This document shows positions 20,345-30,031 of a stretch of 64,000 nt of DNA, piece after piece. Positions within the stretch are counted from its first letter, which is position 1. Each line of letters begins with the position of its first letter. The translations under genes were made by a program, and so were the position numbers. The stretch comes from Barthelona sp. PCE (Eukaryota). The stretch covers positions 868,001 to 932,000 of the forward strand of contig JAUFOR010000003.1 in NCBI GenBank assembly GCA_040285745.1, read 5' to 3'. The notes under the pieces were generated by a model, which saw only the letters and a list, made by a program, of their open reading frames with translations, had not been told where the DNA came from and ran no database searches.

Positions 20345-22186
20345 TCAACGTGTAGAACCGTAAGCAGCTGGGTCCAACATATCACTGACGTCCAGAAACC
20401 CACCAAATTTATAATATTTTGCCCTCTTAAAGTAATCAACTAGAGAAATACAGTCTTCTTCAACATTAAACTCTAAAGTTTCTGTATCAAACGAAATAAT
20501 ATCGTAGTTAACCATGAAATCCTTGATTTCTGCATGAAAACGATACATCTTATTATCTCTGTGCACATAGCAATAATCCCATTCCTCCTCTTCATCATAA
20601 ACAAAATCATTTTCCAGACGCTCTACAGTACCATCATTATGGTAGACAAACGCCATCTCTCCCACAACAAAGTGTTTTTCGTCAAAAAATCCATGTACTG
20701 CGTCAAAGCAACTTACTTCTGGAACTGGAAGGTTGAACTGTTTCAATGTATCATCTTTAAACACAACAAGATACGGATGTCCGTTGTTAGTATAACACAG
20801 AGCCATCGTTGGACAGTATATATTGGGCCTTAAATTAACAACAACATCTTCGAAGCAAACAAAATCTGAATTAGTAACCTTTCCTTTATCATCAAACACC
20901 TTAATGTACACCTCTTCACCAGTACCTATGTATCCTACGTTCCCAAACCCAATAATTTCATGTTGATCGTCCATCCTTATGAAATCCTCAAAAGCAGTGT
21001 AGTGATGCTCGTCGCTACAGGCAATAAAAGTAGAACCTACAGGTACTGCCATGTCTGGCACCCTATCTACCTCGCGGCTCTGAATAACACCCTGCTCCCA
21101 GTCAACCATCTCAACCACAGATTCTGTTGCCTGCACAAACCGAGTTCTAAGATGGTCAAATATTTTCAACTTTCCAGCGCCTGCTGCCTCCTTGAACCCA
21201 CAGAACTTGTCACTGAGCAAATCTAAGCGAAGAGTCTCTGCAGGATTGCCGAAAGTCAATCCTCGCGAGACCATATACGGATTCAATGAGAAGATAGTAT
21301 CTGCAGGAACATCGAATGGACTAATCTTTACGATATTAACAGAAGTTGTTGTAATACAGTGCATTTCGTTCTCATCCGACATAAACATAAACTTTGGATC
21401 CACCATTGCAGTATCAAAATACAAACATTCATTGGTTATCATAAAAAAGCCCTTCTTTGAACAAAAAATGATTCTGCCTTCATTGAAAATGCAAGCATTT
21501 AATACACTAAGCATAGGAATTTGTGGAGTCCTAATATAATTTGGGTTTAAGAATGGTGCTCCATCACGCTCTTCCTCAACAAAATATATTTTATCCCCAA
21601 AAACTAACGCATCCTTATACGCCTCATGACCAAACACAGGTACAGCAACGCACATACTGATATCTTCAAAAAGATCCAGTGTTTTCAATTTGAAACAATC
21701 CGAAAAATATCCAGCAACAATGTTATTCTCTCTCAAAAAGTAACAAAAGTGCTCATTTCCAACTCGAAAAGATGACTTGTTTAAGAATATAACGTTTTCA
21801 ACATCAAAAAGTACTTGCTTATTCAAGTCAAAGAAAAAAACATCTAAATCGTTTTGATAAACAATACAATCATCGTTTAAAACACAACGCTTATAATATG
21901 GTGCCGACGGGATGGATTTTCTGCTCTTCAAAACCAGCTCATTTCCCTCTAAAACAAAAAAACTCAAAAAATCTTTCTCCCATTTATGCAACATCTTCAA
22001 ACTCCCACTGCAACATTGAAGCCTTCCTAGAACGACTGGGTCGTGATTGGGAAGATGTTCTACCCCTATTGCTAAACCTGAATGATTTGCATCACTTTTC
22101 ATCGGATCACAGATGCAGATCAGATCTTTCACTTGCTTCAAGTAAAGATTTGAATCAAATATTGTATGTTCCGCTAATCTAGGCAT
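20345..22186 (-). CDS. Hypothetical 613 aa beta-rich protein
   Basis: Long intact ORF, F/Y/C/D-rich, short beta-like segments. Confidence 0.75.
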   Translation of the reverse strand: MPRLAEHTIFDSNLYLKQVKDLICICDPMKSDANHSGLAIGVEHLPNHDPVVLGRLQCCSGSLKMLHKWEKDFLSFFVLEGNELVLKSRKSIPSAPYYKRCVLNDDCIVYQNDLDVFFFDLNKQVLFDVENVIFLNKSSFRVGNEHFCYFLRENNIVAGYFSDCFKLKTLDLFEDISMCVAVPVFGHEAYKDALVFGDKIYFVEEERDGAPFLNPNYIRTPQIPMLSVLNACIFNEGRIIFCSKKGFFMITNECLYFDTAMVDPKFMFMSDENEMHCITTTSVNIVKISPFDVPADTIFSLNPYMVSRGLTFGNPAETLRLDLLSDKFCGFKEAAGAGKLKIFDHLRTRFVQATESVVEMVDWEQGVIQSREVDRVPDMAVPVGSTFIACSDEHHYTAFEDFIRMDDQHEIIGFGNVGYIGTGEEVYIKVFDDKGKVTNSDFVCFEDVVVNLRPNIYCPTMALCYTNNGHPYLVVFKDDTLKQFNLPVPEVSCFDAVHGFFDEKHFVVGEMAFVYHNDGTVERLENDFVYDEEEEWDYCYVHRDNKMYRFHAEIKDFMVNYDIISFDTETLEFNVEEDCISLVDYFKRAKYYKFGGFLDVSDMLDPAAYGSTR

Positions 22187-22373
22187 AAATATCAGATAAG
22201 GTAAGGTAAAAATCAGTAAACCGCAATTGTGACTTCACAGGGGCTGAGTTCTCTCGGATACATGCATGTTTACTGACAGATATCTAGTTGGATGGCGTGA
22301 ATAAGTTCCTAAGCTCGAGGTCGGGTAATTGAGTTCCCACCCCATAAAAAATAGTAAAAAAGAGAAATCCGGA

Positions 22374-22775
22374 ATGTACGATAAAGGGCGTAATTCGGAC
22401 AGCACATTCATGAGTCACAGATTCACTCTGCCATGAGTTCCGTCAACCACATGCTTCCATCATTCAACAATAACTTCTCATTGAAAAATGCTTACGGTTC
22501 TCATTTTTAACCACATTGAATCTATTAAAATGTCATGAATCGTAAAATAAGTAAAGTTATTAAAAAAAAAAAAATTCTTTTTTGAAGAGCCCTTATTCAT
22601 TGCAGAATACCACCGAGACAACAGACAATCGTTTGAGAATTCAACAGAGTGGATAAGATTCAGCGTGCGCTTGCAAGGCTCAGAAACAATAGTTAAAAAT
22701 TGCTAGTTGTGCTTCATAAAGTACAATTTACTGGAGGATGCCAAAAATGAGTTTATTACGACTGTTAAAGCTTGA
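22374..22775 (+). pseudogene. Possible decayed Ras-superfamily small GTPase fragment
   Basis: One frame reads YHRDNRQSFENSTEWIR...KNC*LCFIKYNLLED, resembling YD.T.R.SFE.v..W and the G4 region; several stops; no intact P-loop. Confidence 0.3.
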
Positions 22776-23491
22776 AAGTTTAACTAAAAAGTCTATAAAA
22801 ACAACAGATATAGAGAAAAATAAATATTCATTTTAATCCCTGTATTGGCTATAATAATCAATTCTATGATGAGGTTAATGGTAAAGGATCCCTTACAGAT
22901 GTATGGAAAATGAATACAAAATAGAAACATTGTTTTTTCAATGTATCTTAACAAAATTAATAATCAGCCCCTGTTTGAAAGAATTAAACACTATGAAATA
23001 TATAATTAAGTACTATATCAAAGCTCTTTACCATACAATAATGCTAAAAAAGGATATCACACAAAAAATTCTCACTTAGTATCTGAGGTAAATGTGTGTT
23101 GTATATAACATTAATCCATATATTTATGCCCCCTAAACATATTATAAAAACGTAAAACTGATAATACTGTAAATAGTAAAAAATTGCTCTTCGCAAAATA
23201 ACCATAGCTTCTTAAAACCATCTGTACAATGTTAATACTCCAAATACAATACATTTATCATAGAAAAAAGTAAATTATAAAGAGTGAACAGATGAAAAAA
23301 AATATTAATATGTTAAATTTAAAATCTCTTTTTTTTAAATTATTAATAGACTATATCACACCATAAAAACATCGCTTATGTGTTTAAAATATCATTACAT
23401 CCATAAAGAAAAAAGACATAATTGAGAATTTCGTGAATATTAATTTAAAGGCTTAAATTTTACATTCCTTAATTTCTGCTTTAGTCAAAGC

Positions 23492-23563
23492 GTCCCAATG
23501 GTGTAGTGGTATCTCGTTCCCTTAGGGTGGGAAAGGTCCTGGGTTCAATTCCCAGTTGGGACC
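23492..23563 (+). tRNA. tRNA-Pro (AGG)
   Basis: Acceptor GTCCCAA/TTGGGAC, anticodon arm TTCCC-TTAGGGT-GGGAA, T arm CTGGG-TTCAATT-CCCAG, C discriminator, downstream T-run. Confidence 0.92.
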
Positions 23564-23652
23564 AACTAACAATTTTTGAACTTGCAATTTTAAAGAACAT
23601 TTTAGACAAAGACAATGAACATTCACGAGAACATTTCTGTAATTCGGTATCA

Positions 23653-23724
23653 GACCCTATAGTATAATGGTCAGAACCACGGCCTCCAAAGCCGTAGATC
23701 TAGGTTCGATTCCTAGTGGGGTCA
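23653..23724 (+). tRNA. tRNA-Trp (CCA)
   Basis: Acceptor GACCCTA/TGGGGTC, anticodon arm ACGGC-CTCCAAA-GCCGT, T arm CTAGG-TTCGATT-CCTAG, downstream T-run. Confidence 0.92.
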
Positions 23725-23920
23725 AAAGTACCGAATTCGCATTTTTTATTCACAATATTTTTCAAATAAATTAATCCACAATTCTTTGTTATTTCACTGA
23801 ATTACACTCGTAAAAAAGAGTAAAAATTGTTTGCATGTCGTATAATTTTTAAAATTTTTTACTACTACTCTATCTAAGCTAATGAGGTATGAATATGGAG
23901 TAACAACTGTTTAAATTCAT

Positions 23921-25276
23921 TTATTGCATCCTTCTGTTACGATCCAAGTAATTGAAGACTACTGAGTACATTTTATCAATATTATCTTCATCACTGTCAT
24001 CATCACTGTCATCATCCTCATCAATGCATGTAAAAAAGAAGTCATTCACCTGAAGCGATGCATTCAAATCATCAATATCGTAGTCAACAAGAATATTACC
24101 GTTTTGCAACAGCGTTGGATTCTGTACTCCTCTTTCTCGTAATTTCTCAATAATATCTGCTCTTTTAATTGTCATAGACCATATATCTATGACAATTGCG
24201 TTGTTTTGACAGATAGAACATGATGCGTTTTTCTTTTGAGGAGGACCGCTAGATACTGAAGCTGAAACACCATTTCTGTGAGAAGGAAAGCTCAAAAACG
24301 CCTGAAACTGCGGCTTTATACACGCTTGACACACTAGAGCACTTATAAAAGCGTTTGTACTGGGAATTGCTGGAATCACAGCATTAACCATGTGTTTCAT
24401 TTCAACAAAAGGAATACTCGATATTCGAAACGATTCCATACGTATAAGTGCTGCTGCTGATATGAAATGGACTTTAGAATGCTCAGTCTCCTCTTCATTA
24501 AGTGAAATTTGAGCGTCATGGAAAAGTGTAGCAAGCTGAGTTATGTTAAGAGGTTGTACCATGTCCTTTCGTGTCACCGACACCCTGGGGTCAAAAACTT
24601 CTTCAAAAGGACGCTGTTCTTGACAGAAAATTGGTGAAATTTCCTGGACATCTCGAATTTCTTGGACAAATATTTTATCCCACAATGCGGTTGCTCCCTC
24701 AGAAAACAATTTATCATTGTATTTTGAATTCGCCCAGGCAATGCAATGCTCTGTTTTATGAGGGAATTTGTGAACAGTACAAACTGGGATGCTAGTTTTC
24801 GTTTTTTGTCGGTTTAGGCATGCAAAACAACCTGTTCCCTCTGCAGTGTGGAAGGACTCGGCCTGTCCAAGATACCCAACGGTTCCTCCATCAATGTAGG
24901 GGACACCACATGCATGTGCAATAACATTCAATCTATTTCTCGCGTCTATGTTGTCTAATGCACCTATAAATATGTCAAACTGCCGAAAAAAGTCTAATGT
25001 AAACTGTGTGTTAAACAAATTATGGGTGTATGTGCTAACTTTGATAGAGGGAAAAAATGTGTTAAGCTTTTTTGCTATTCCCCGGCATTTAAACTTGCCC
25101 ACAGCGTCAGAATCAAACATAAATTGTCGATTGAGGTTACTTTCATCCACTAAATCATAATCTATGATTGTTAGATCAGAGCAACCCATTAATGCAAGGT
25201 TTTTGGCGACCTCACAGCCTACCCCGCCAGCTCCTGCCATCAATAGCTTCTTTTCTGTGAACGGTAAAGGTTTCAT
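23921..25276 (-). CDS. UBA2: Ubiquitin-like E1 catalytic subunit, most like SUMO-activating enzyme subunit 2
   Basis: GAGGVGCE, SNLNRQF, FFRQF..ALDN, PVCTV (catalytic Cys), HCIAWA, IPAIPSTNA, CxxC. Confidence 0.75.
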   Translation of the reverse strand: MKPLPFTEKKLLMAGAGGVGCEVAKNLALMGCSDLTIIDYDLVDESNLNRQFMFDSDAVGKFKCRGIAKKLNTFFPSIKVSTYTHNLFNTQFTLDFFRQFDIFIGALDNIDARNRLNVIAHACGVPYIDGGTVGYLGQAESFHTAEGTGCFACLNRQKTKTSIPVCTVHKFPHKTEHCIAWANSKYNDKLFSEGATALWDKIFVQEIRDVQEISPIFCQEQRPFEEVFDPRVSVTRKDMVQPLNITQLATLFHDAQISLNEEETEHSKVHFISAAALIRMESFRISSIPFVEMKHMVNAVIPAIPSTNAFISALVCQACIKPQFQAFLSFPSHRNGVSASVSSGPPQKKNASCSICQNNAIVIDIWSMTIKRADIIEKLRERGVQNPTLLQNGNILVDYDIDDLNASLQVNDFFFTCIDEDDDSDDDSDEDNIDKMYSVVFNYLDRNRRMQ

Positions 25277-25359
25277 TACTTCGAAAAAGAAGATAATGAG
25301 AATGCAAAAATTCTCCCTCTGATAGCTTTTAGACTATTTATTCAATTCAATAATGGTGA

Positions 25360-27642
25360 TTAGAAGATCTGACTGAAGCCCTCGTTGTCGAGCTCACCTT
25401 CATATTCAAGGTACTTGATAAATTCATCGTACTCATTCAGAAGAATTGCGTTGAACTTAGCATGTACATTCTTCCATAGATCAGCAGTCTCAGGAATCCC
25501 TTCAGGGATTCTGCAAAGAATGGGGCCAACTAGAACAGACATGGAGTCCAGACTCATGGAGTTCTTCTCCTTGTGCAAGTCAACCTGTTTGAGCAAAGAA
25601 AAATAGCAGCTGACAATGGTTCTTGAGAGCTCATTCTCGACCAGACCTTCATATTCATGAGTACCAGGTTCATAATTGAGTAAGGCCTCGATGTTGACAA
25701 AACCGTTTGGTTCTGAACGGAGGAGATGGTGGATCATATTAGACACGTAGATGGGATCAATTTCTTCGTTCAAAGGAAGAGAGAGACACTCCAACTGGGG
25801 AATCATCGAGTCGCGGTGCGTATTGACGATCGATGACCTGAAGATCATTGATTTCTCCATTCCGTTACGGTACATCCAGCCGCACAGCTTATCGAACAAG
25901 ACAGGAACATCGTTGGGATTGAGAGGCCAGTGCTCGGCCGGAACAAAATAGTGCGGAACTTGAGCTAGCGGGAGTTCGAAGGTTTCTTCAACGTGGAATT
26001 TGCCTGCAATGGCATCATTTGCAGGAAGATACTCAAGAGGTAGACCCAGGCCGTCTGGGAGGACAGAGAAATCTGAGGTGTTTGATATCTGTGTGTACTT
26101 CTCCCAGAACTTGCGAGAAACAAAAGGACGTGAGACGGTGAGCACGAAACGGGTCCAGAGGGAAGGGTTGACGCAGTACAGTTTCTTGATCATCTTCCTC
26201 GTCCTTCTGTTTAGCTTGGAGTAAAAGGATCTAAATTCTCCAAAGGATAAGCTCGTGGATTGACCAGCTGTTGAATTAAAGAAGAGAACGACGTAGGGGT
26301 GCTTGCTGAGGACAAAAAACTGACGGATAAGAAGATTGAAGAAATCTGCAGCAGAGCATCGAACTCGGGGACCAAGAATAACCAAAACGGGTAATCCTTC
26401 TTCAGTGTACCCGCCCATATAACATGCCAGTAGGTTCTGAGCTGGTTTAACGTCAGAACGGAGAGAGTTCATGAGGGCAGCCTCGAACTCTTGCTCGGTT
26501 TCATCGTTCATATACAGCTCGTCCTCAAAACGGCGTTCGCTTAACGGAGAAACGACCTCGTCAAGGGTGAACTCGCGTTGACGAGTCATAACAGGAGTTC
26601 CAATGCCGGCCGCATCAGGAAGAAGGGGAGTGGTGATAGCTTCCTCAATAAGCTCATTATCAATGGTTTCCTCGATATCTTCAACTGGCTCCTCAATAAC
26701 AATAGGCTCAGCAACTGGCTCTGGTTCAGGTTCTTCGACAACCTCCTCAACAACTGGCTCGGGTTCAGGTTCTTCGACAACCTCCTCAACAACTGGCTCT
26801 GGTTCAGGTTCTTCGACAACCTCCTCAACAACTGGCTCGGGTTCAGGTTCTTCGACAACCTCCTCAGCAACTGGCTCGGGTTCAGGTTCTTCGACAACCT
26901 CCTCAACAACTGGCTCGGGTTCAGGTTCTTCGACAACCTCCTCAGCAACTGGCTCTGGTTCAGGTTCTTCAACAACCTCCTCAACAACTGGCTCGGGTTC
27001 AGGTTCTTCAACAACCTCCTCAACAACTGGCTCGGGTTCAGGTTCTTCGACAACCTCCTCAGCAACTGGCTCTGGTTCAGGTTCTTCAACAACCTCCTCA
27101 ACAACTGGCTCGGGTTCAGGTTCTTCGACAACCTCCTCAACAACTGGCTCGGGTTCAGGTTCTTCGACAACCTCCTCAACAACTGGCTCGGGTTCAGGTT
27201 CTTCGACAACCTCCTCAACAACTGGCTCGGGTTCAGGTTCTTCAACAACCTCCTCAACAACTTCTGGGGCAGACTCTTCAGTTTGCTCCTCAGACTCAGA
27301 TATAGGGACGGTTTCAACCTCAGATTGCTCTTGAGTTTCAGTGACATTCACTTCTTCTTTTTGAGGTGCTTCTTCAACATTTTGCTGAATTTCGACCTCA
27401 ACAGCTTCAACCTCAGCCTTAGCGGAAGCTTCAGCTTCAGAGTTAACCTCAACAGGTGTTTCAACAGTTTCCTCACCAACTACAGGTTCTTCAACGGCTA
27501 CATCAGGAGTATTGTTCTGATTTTGACCATTCATGTTATTGTTACGGTTGTTGCGCTTATTTTTCTTATTCTTGTTTCTGTTTCTGTTATTTTTACGACC
27601 TAAGTATTAGAAATTTCCACGATGTGATGTAAAAATACCCAT
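25360..27642 (-). CDS. BCH/CRAL-TRIO + RhoGAP protein with acidic tandem repeat; exons 27642-27639 and 27599-25360
   Basis: Spliced start MGRKNNRN...; [21 protein letters not shown] (BCH); [28 protein letters not shown] (RhoGAP). Confidence 0.8.
26708..27262. repeat. Coding minisatellite, 39-nt unit x14 encoding (V/A)[12 protein letters not shown]
   Basis: Near-identical tandem copies of ctcaacaactggctcgggttcaggttcttcgacaacctc. Confidence 0.95.
27600..27638 (-). other. Spliceosomal intron, 39 nt
   Basis: ATGG|GTATTT...TTCTAAT-ACTTAG|GT CGT; joins ATG to the otherwise start-less upstream extension of the RhoGAP frame. Confidence 0.8.
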
Positions 27643-27900
27643 TTTAACTATCTAATAATGCTCAATACGAGAAAAGGGAAGTTATTTTTATAACGTCACG
27701 ATTTTCTCGTATTGTATGGATGCAGTTGGATGAATGGACCATTTGTCGTGATTAATCACCTTTGATCCATTTGAATAATAGCGCAACCACTTGTACATAA
27801 ACATGCACTTGTGAAATACACAAGTTTTTTATTGCAATACAAATTTATCGTTTAGGCTTAAACGCGACATAAATTTGTTGGTTCAAAAGCAAAAGTCCAT

Positions 27901-28812
27901 CTACCTTCTTGTCCTGAATGATATCATAAATGATTGACCATCTCTTTTAGCAACAGCAACAGGTCCATTTATATCCAAAGCAAACCACTTCATATCAATA
28001 AACGGTTCAAAAGTCAAATAATCTTCTGTAATGTCTAGCATTCGAAAACATACCAATTCATCAGAACAAAGATAATACAGTTGTCCTTTTTCAACAAAAC
28101 AACTGTTCGACTGGAAGACAAAATGATCAAATCTCTTTTCAATGATATCAAATCTCTTTTCAACTTCATCAATAGAAATCATTAACATTTTTTCGTTAAA
28201 CCATACTAGTTGAAAGCTACATGGTACCCCCTCATACAAGCCCATGAGCTCACACGTCTCTGGCATGATGATATCAATTTCGGTGTAACAACGCTCGTAT
28301 AAATTATAATATGATACTTTTGAGGTAGAAACATTAAAAGCTATAATAATATAATGATTTCCGGAAACATTACACACACACATGTTCCACAGAGGTTCTA
28401 TTTCACTCTCACCATCCAATTCAAAAAGGTAGGGTGTTCCATTGTGGTTAAGATAGTGAAACATGATACACTGGTCTGATAAATAAATAATATCCTGGAT
28501 TGTCTCGTGTTTATCAGTACGTTCCATGTCCTGCTGTGTTAAACGAATAGTTTTTGATGCAAATAACTCTTCTGCAAGTCTTTTAACATCAAATGGTCTT
28601 GAATGAGTAAGCTCAAACTCTCCATTAATGTATTTATAGTACATAATCTTTTGGTCTTCAATATTATGGGCAGCGTACATGTTTGTTTCGTATAGACACT
28701 TTTTTAGTAAAGCAATGTGAGGATCTTTGATTAATTGTGGGGGATTTTCGACCCAATGTTCACCCCTGAAACGAATTCCCGGGTATTTACCTTTGAAAAT
28801 TTCAACAGGCAT
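27901..28812 (-). CDS. Hypothetical 303 aa beta-rich protein
   Basis: Intact ATG ORF, composition similar to 17230 and 20345 ORFs. Confidence 0.65.
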   Translation of the reverse strand: MPVEIFKGKYPGIRFRGEHWVENPPQLIKDPHIALLKKCLYETNMYAAHNIEDQKIMYYKYINGEFELTHSRPFDVKRLAEELFASKTIRLTQQDMERTDKHETIQDIIYLSDQCIMFHYLNHNGTPYLFELDGESEIEPLWNMCVCNVSGNHYIIIAFNVSTSKVSYYNLYERCYTEIDIIMPETCELMGLYEGVPCSFQLVWFNEKMLMISIDEVEKRFDIIEKRFDHFVFQSNSCFVEKGQLYYLCSDELVCFRMLDITEDYLTFEPFIDMKWFALDINGPVAVAKRDGQSFMISFRTRR

Positions 28813-29530
28813 ATAGAAATGAGATATTAATAATAAAACAACGATTTATTGACTTCCATTTATCACAGAGTGCTTTAGTTGGTGTGTATGGTAGATTATT
28901 GTACTGTGAAAGTTATAGAGTAGCGTAACAAAAAATTAAGAATAAAGTAGGATTCATACTAATTATTTACGTTCCGTCGTTACTGGAACGCTCATCATGA
29001 TCAGATAAAGGTAAGTAATCACGATCCCATTAAGAACCAAATCCTCTATAAAGAGGTATATTGGTCAATAGCAGATTGAAAGCTGACAATATACAACTCG
29101 TACTGTCATCATGCAACTATTCTTGCAGATTTATATCAATAGAGTAAGTATCATCCGACATTGTTCTCATTTTGTAGTTATTAGAAATTCTGTGTTGTTA
29201 GTTTAAATTTTGAGTATTTTAGGGTATAAACGCATAACACATGGTAGAATATACAAGAAAAACAGAATATCTATCACACCTAAAGGTATCAAAGTTGGTT
29301 GTTTTGAATATTGAAGTTTGTGCTATTTCATGCTATTTTTTTGGGTAAAGGATTCAATGCATCTTTAGAACCATCATAAGAGGATCATTTGGACGGAAAG
29401 CAGACCAATTGGTACGAACGTTTGTTTTCTTGTTTGTAAATGTGTTTTTATATGTTTTCTACCTAATTCCACCTATACAAAGCTACCATATAGCCTCTGC
29501 AGTATATGGGAACAAGCTAAGCTAGTAAAT

Positions 29531-29542
29531 TACTTCCTTTTT
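29531..29542 (+). promoter_or_regulatory. TCT/TOP-like pyrimidine tract upstream of RPS27
   Basis: TACTTCCTTTTT, identical 12-mer upstream of RPS15A. Confidence 0.45.
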
Positions 29543-29567
29543 TTTTTATAACGTCGATATCATCACT

Positions 29568-29850
29568 ATGAACACTGATCTTCTTCATCCTGATGCCGTT
29601 AGCGAGGCTAACACTCACAAGCTCAAGCGTTTGGTGCCCACTCCTAACTCCGTCTTCTTGGATGCCAAGTGTGCTTCTTGTGGTACTATGTATGTTCTTT
29701 TACATTTTAGGGGCTCTAACCTTTAGTAACTGCGTCTTCTCACACGCTACTACCACCATTCACTGCCAACAATGTCAAGCTCTCATCTGTACTCCTACTG
29801 GTGGCCGTTCTGAGTTTGCTAAGAACGTCGCTTGCCGTCAGCGTAACTAG
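29568..29850 (+). CDS. RPS27: 40S ribosomal protein S27 (eS27); exons 29568-29689 and 29727-29850
   Basis: MNTDLLHP...HKLKRLVPTPNSVFLDAKCASC...VFSHATT..C..C...CTPTGG after splicing. Confidence 0.95.
29690..29726 (+). other. Spliceosomal intron, 37 nt
   Basis: GTATGT...CTCTAAC-CTTTAG; required to keep the eS27 frame. Confidence 0.93.
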
Positions 29851-30031
29851 ATTATGTCCCGTCAGATATAAACACTGAGAATATAAAAGGTATTCTTTTT
29901 CAAGAATTTTTGTTTTTTTTGCAAAGCATTTGGTAACTTTTTGTTTGTTATTTATTGCATGAACCGTTGTTGTAACGTGAGATTGTGATATAGGAATTGT
30001 ATATTTATGACAGAAGAAAATCTGATTATAT

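Noticed and set aside
22234-22253. RNase MRP CR-V-like CACAGGGGCTGA
   Set aside because: No matching CR-I (GAAAGTCCCC-like) found upstream
11854-22706. Genome-wide TAG reassignment suggested by in-frame TAGs at 11854, 17566 and 22704
   Set aside because: ORFs over 1000 codons contain no TAG, and MPP10 and RPS27 end at TAG at their expected C-termini
26578-27603. Long alternative-frame ORFs and CRISPR-like periodicity over the 39-nt repeat
   Set aside because: Shadow frames of a coding minisatellite; no unique spacers and no cas genes
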